This document shows, one piece after another, positions 63,479-64,000 of a DNA stretch of 64,000 bases. How positions within the stretch are numbered: position 1 is the first letter of the stretch; every line of letters starts with the position of its first letter. Where the stretch lies: assembly GCA_963737265.1 (NCBI GenBank), contig CAVTRY010000010.1, positions 14,075 through 78,074 of the forward strand, read 5' to 3'. Below the pieces are notes generated by a model, which worked only from the letters and a program-made list of their open reading frames with translations, was not told the DNA's origin and did no database searches. This DNA is from an uncultured delta proteobacterium (GTDB lineage Bacteria > Myxococcota_A > Polyangia > Fen-1088). A program made the translations under genes and the position numbers.

Positions 63479-63997
63479 ATGGACCTCGAGACCGCGATTC
63501 GAACCCGGCGCACGCACAAGGCGTACGCACCCCAGCCGGTCGACCGCGAGGTGCTCGTCGAGCTGCTCGACCTCGCTAGGTGGGCGCCCAACCACAACCT
63601 CACGAATCCCTGGCGCTTCCGCGTGCTGGGACCGCGAACGCACGCTCTGCTCGCCGAGGCCGCCGAGCGGCAGAGCCCAGGATCGGCACGCAAGCTCGAG
63701 CGCGCTCCCACGCTGGTGATCGCCTCGGTCAAGCTCGACGAGGACCCGGTGCAGCGCGAGGAGGATCTCTTCGCGGGCGCGATCGCGGCCTACATCGTGT
63801 TGCTCGCCGCGCACGGAAGGGGGTTGGCGGGTTACTGGCGCACGCTCCCGCTGCTCGACACCCAGCCGCTCAAATCGGCGCTCGGCATGGGTGAGGACGA
63901 GCGCCCGATCGGGCTCTTGCACCTCGGGGGCGCGGTGCAGGAGCAGCGCGTTCCCGTGCGCGCGCCAGTGGAGCAGGTCGTCGAGTTCCTGCCCTGA
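63479..63997 (+). CDS. Nitroreductase family protein
   Basis: AIRTRRTHKAY, ARWAPNHNLTNPWRF, LAAHGRGLAGYWRT and IGLLHLG. Confidence 0.92.
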   Translation: MDLETAIRTRRTHKAYAPQPVDREVLVELLDLARWAPNHNLTNPWRFRVLGPRTHALLAEAAERQSPGSARKLERAPTLVIASVKLDEDPVQREEDLFAGAIAAYIVLLAAHGRGLAGYWRTLPLLDTQPLKSALGMGEDERPIGLLHLGGAVQEQRVPVRAPVEQVVEFLP

Positions 63998-64000
63998 CGG

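Noticed and set aside
61879-63922. Long alternative ORFs 61879..63411, 63086..63922 and 63387..63719
   Set aside because: Arg/Ala-rich shadow frames overlapping GT39, tRNA-Ser(GCT) and the nitroreductase; expected at high GC.
1-64000. CRISPR array, cas genes, rRNA, retron or group II intron RT
   Set aside because: No regularly spaced repeats or diagnostic motifs were seen by eye.

Overview
The window has two halves that look like different organisms. Bases 1 to ~17,500 are an orderly, moderately GC-rich housekeeping region in the style of Acidobacteriota: TrmH, rarA, a GT47-like enzyme, redoxin/dsbD, prfB with its programmed +1 frameshift, BrnT/BrnA, lnt, an APC permease, bactofilin and atpE. 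It stops abruptly upstream of atpE, with no atpB. From ~17,500 to 64,000 the DNA is visibly higher in GC, full of single-base indels, and its proteins resemble those of Solirubrobacterales (Thermoleophilia); both taxonomic assignments are inference, and a chimeric long-read join is the simplest explanation. The right half contains four blocks. (i) A PadR / two-ATPase ABC (one NBD catalytically degenerate) / FtsX permease / phytoene-synthase-like operon divergent from an LmbU regulator, with three ACCT-N7-AGGT boxes between them. (ii) Secreted proteins with basic or PASTA C-termini, then a ~2,570-aa RHS protein with an internal NHL propeller and a degenerate cleavage motif. (iii) An integrative mobilizable element next to tRNA-Ser(TGA), with tyrosine integrase, excisionase, MobF relaxase-helicase, a MOBF-like oriT, a RepB'-like primase and ssb. 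Its predicted leading region carries a ~225-bp direct repeat folding into a GCGAAGC-capped hairpin with a -10-like hexamer in a mismatch bubble, a candidate single-stranded-DNA promoter that also brackets a protease cargo cassette. (iv) Chromosomal genes: GH-A hydrolase, GT39, tRNA-Ser(GCT), nitroreductase. No CRISPR array or rRNA was seen.
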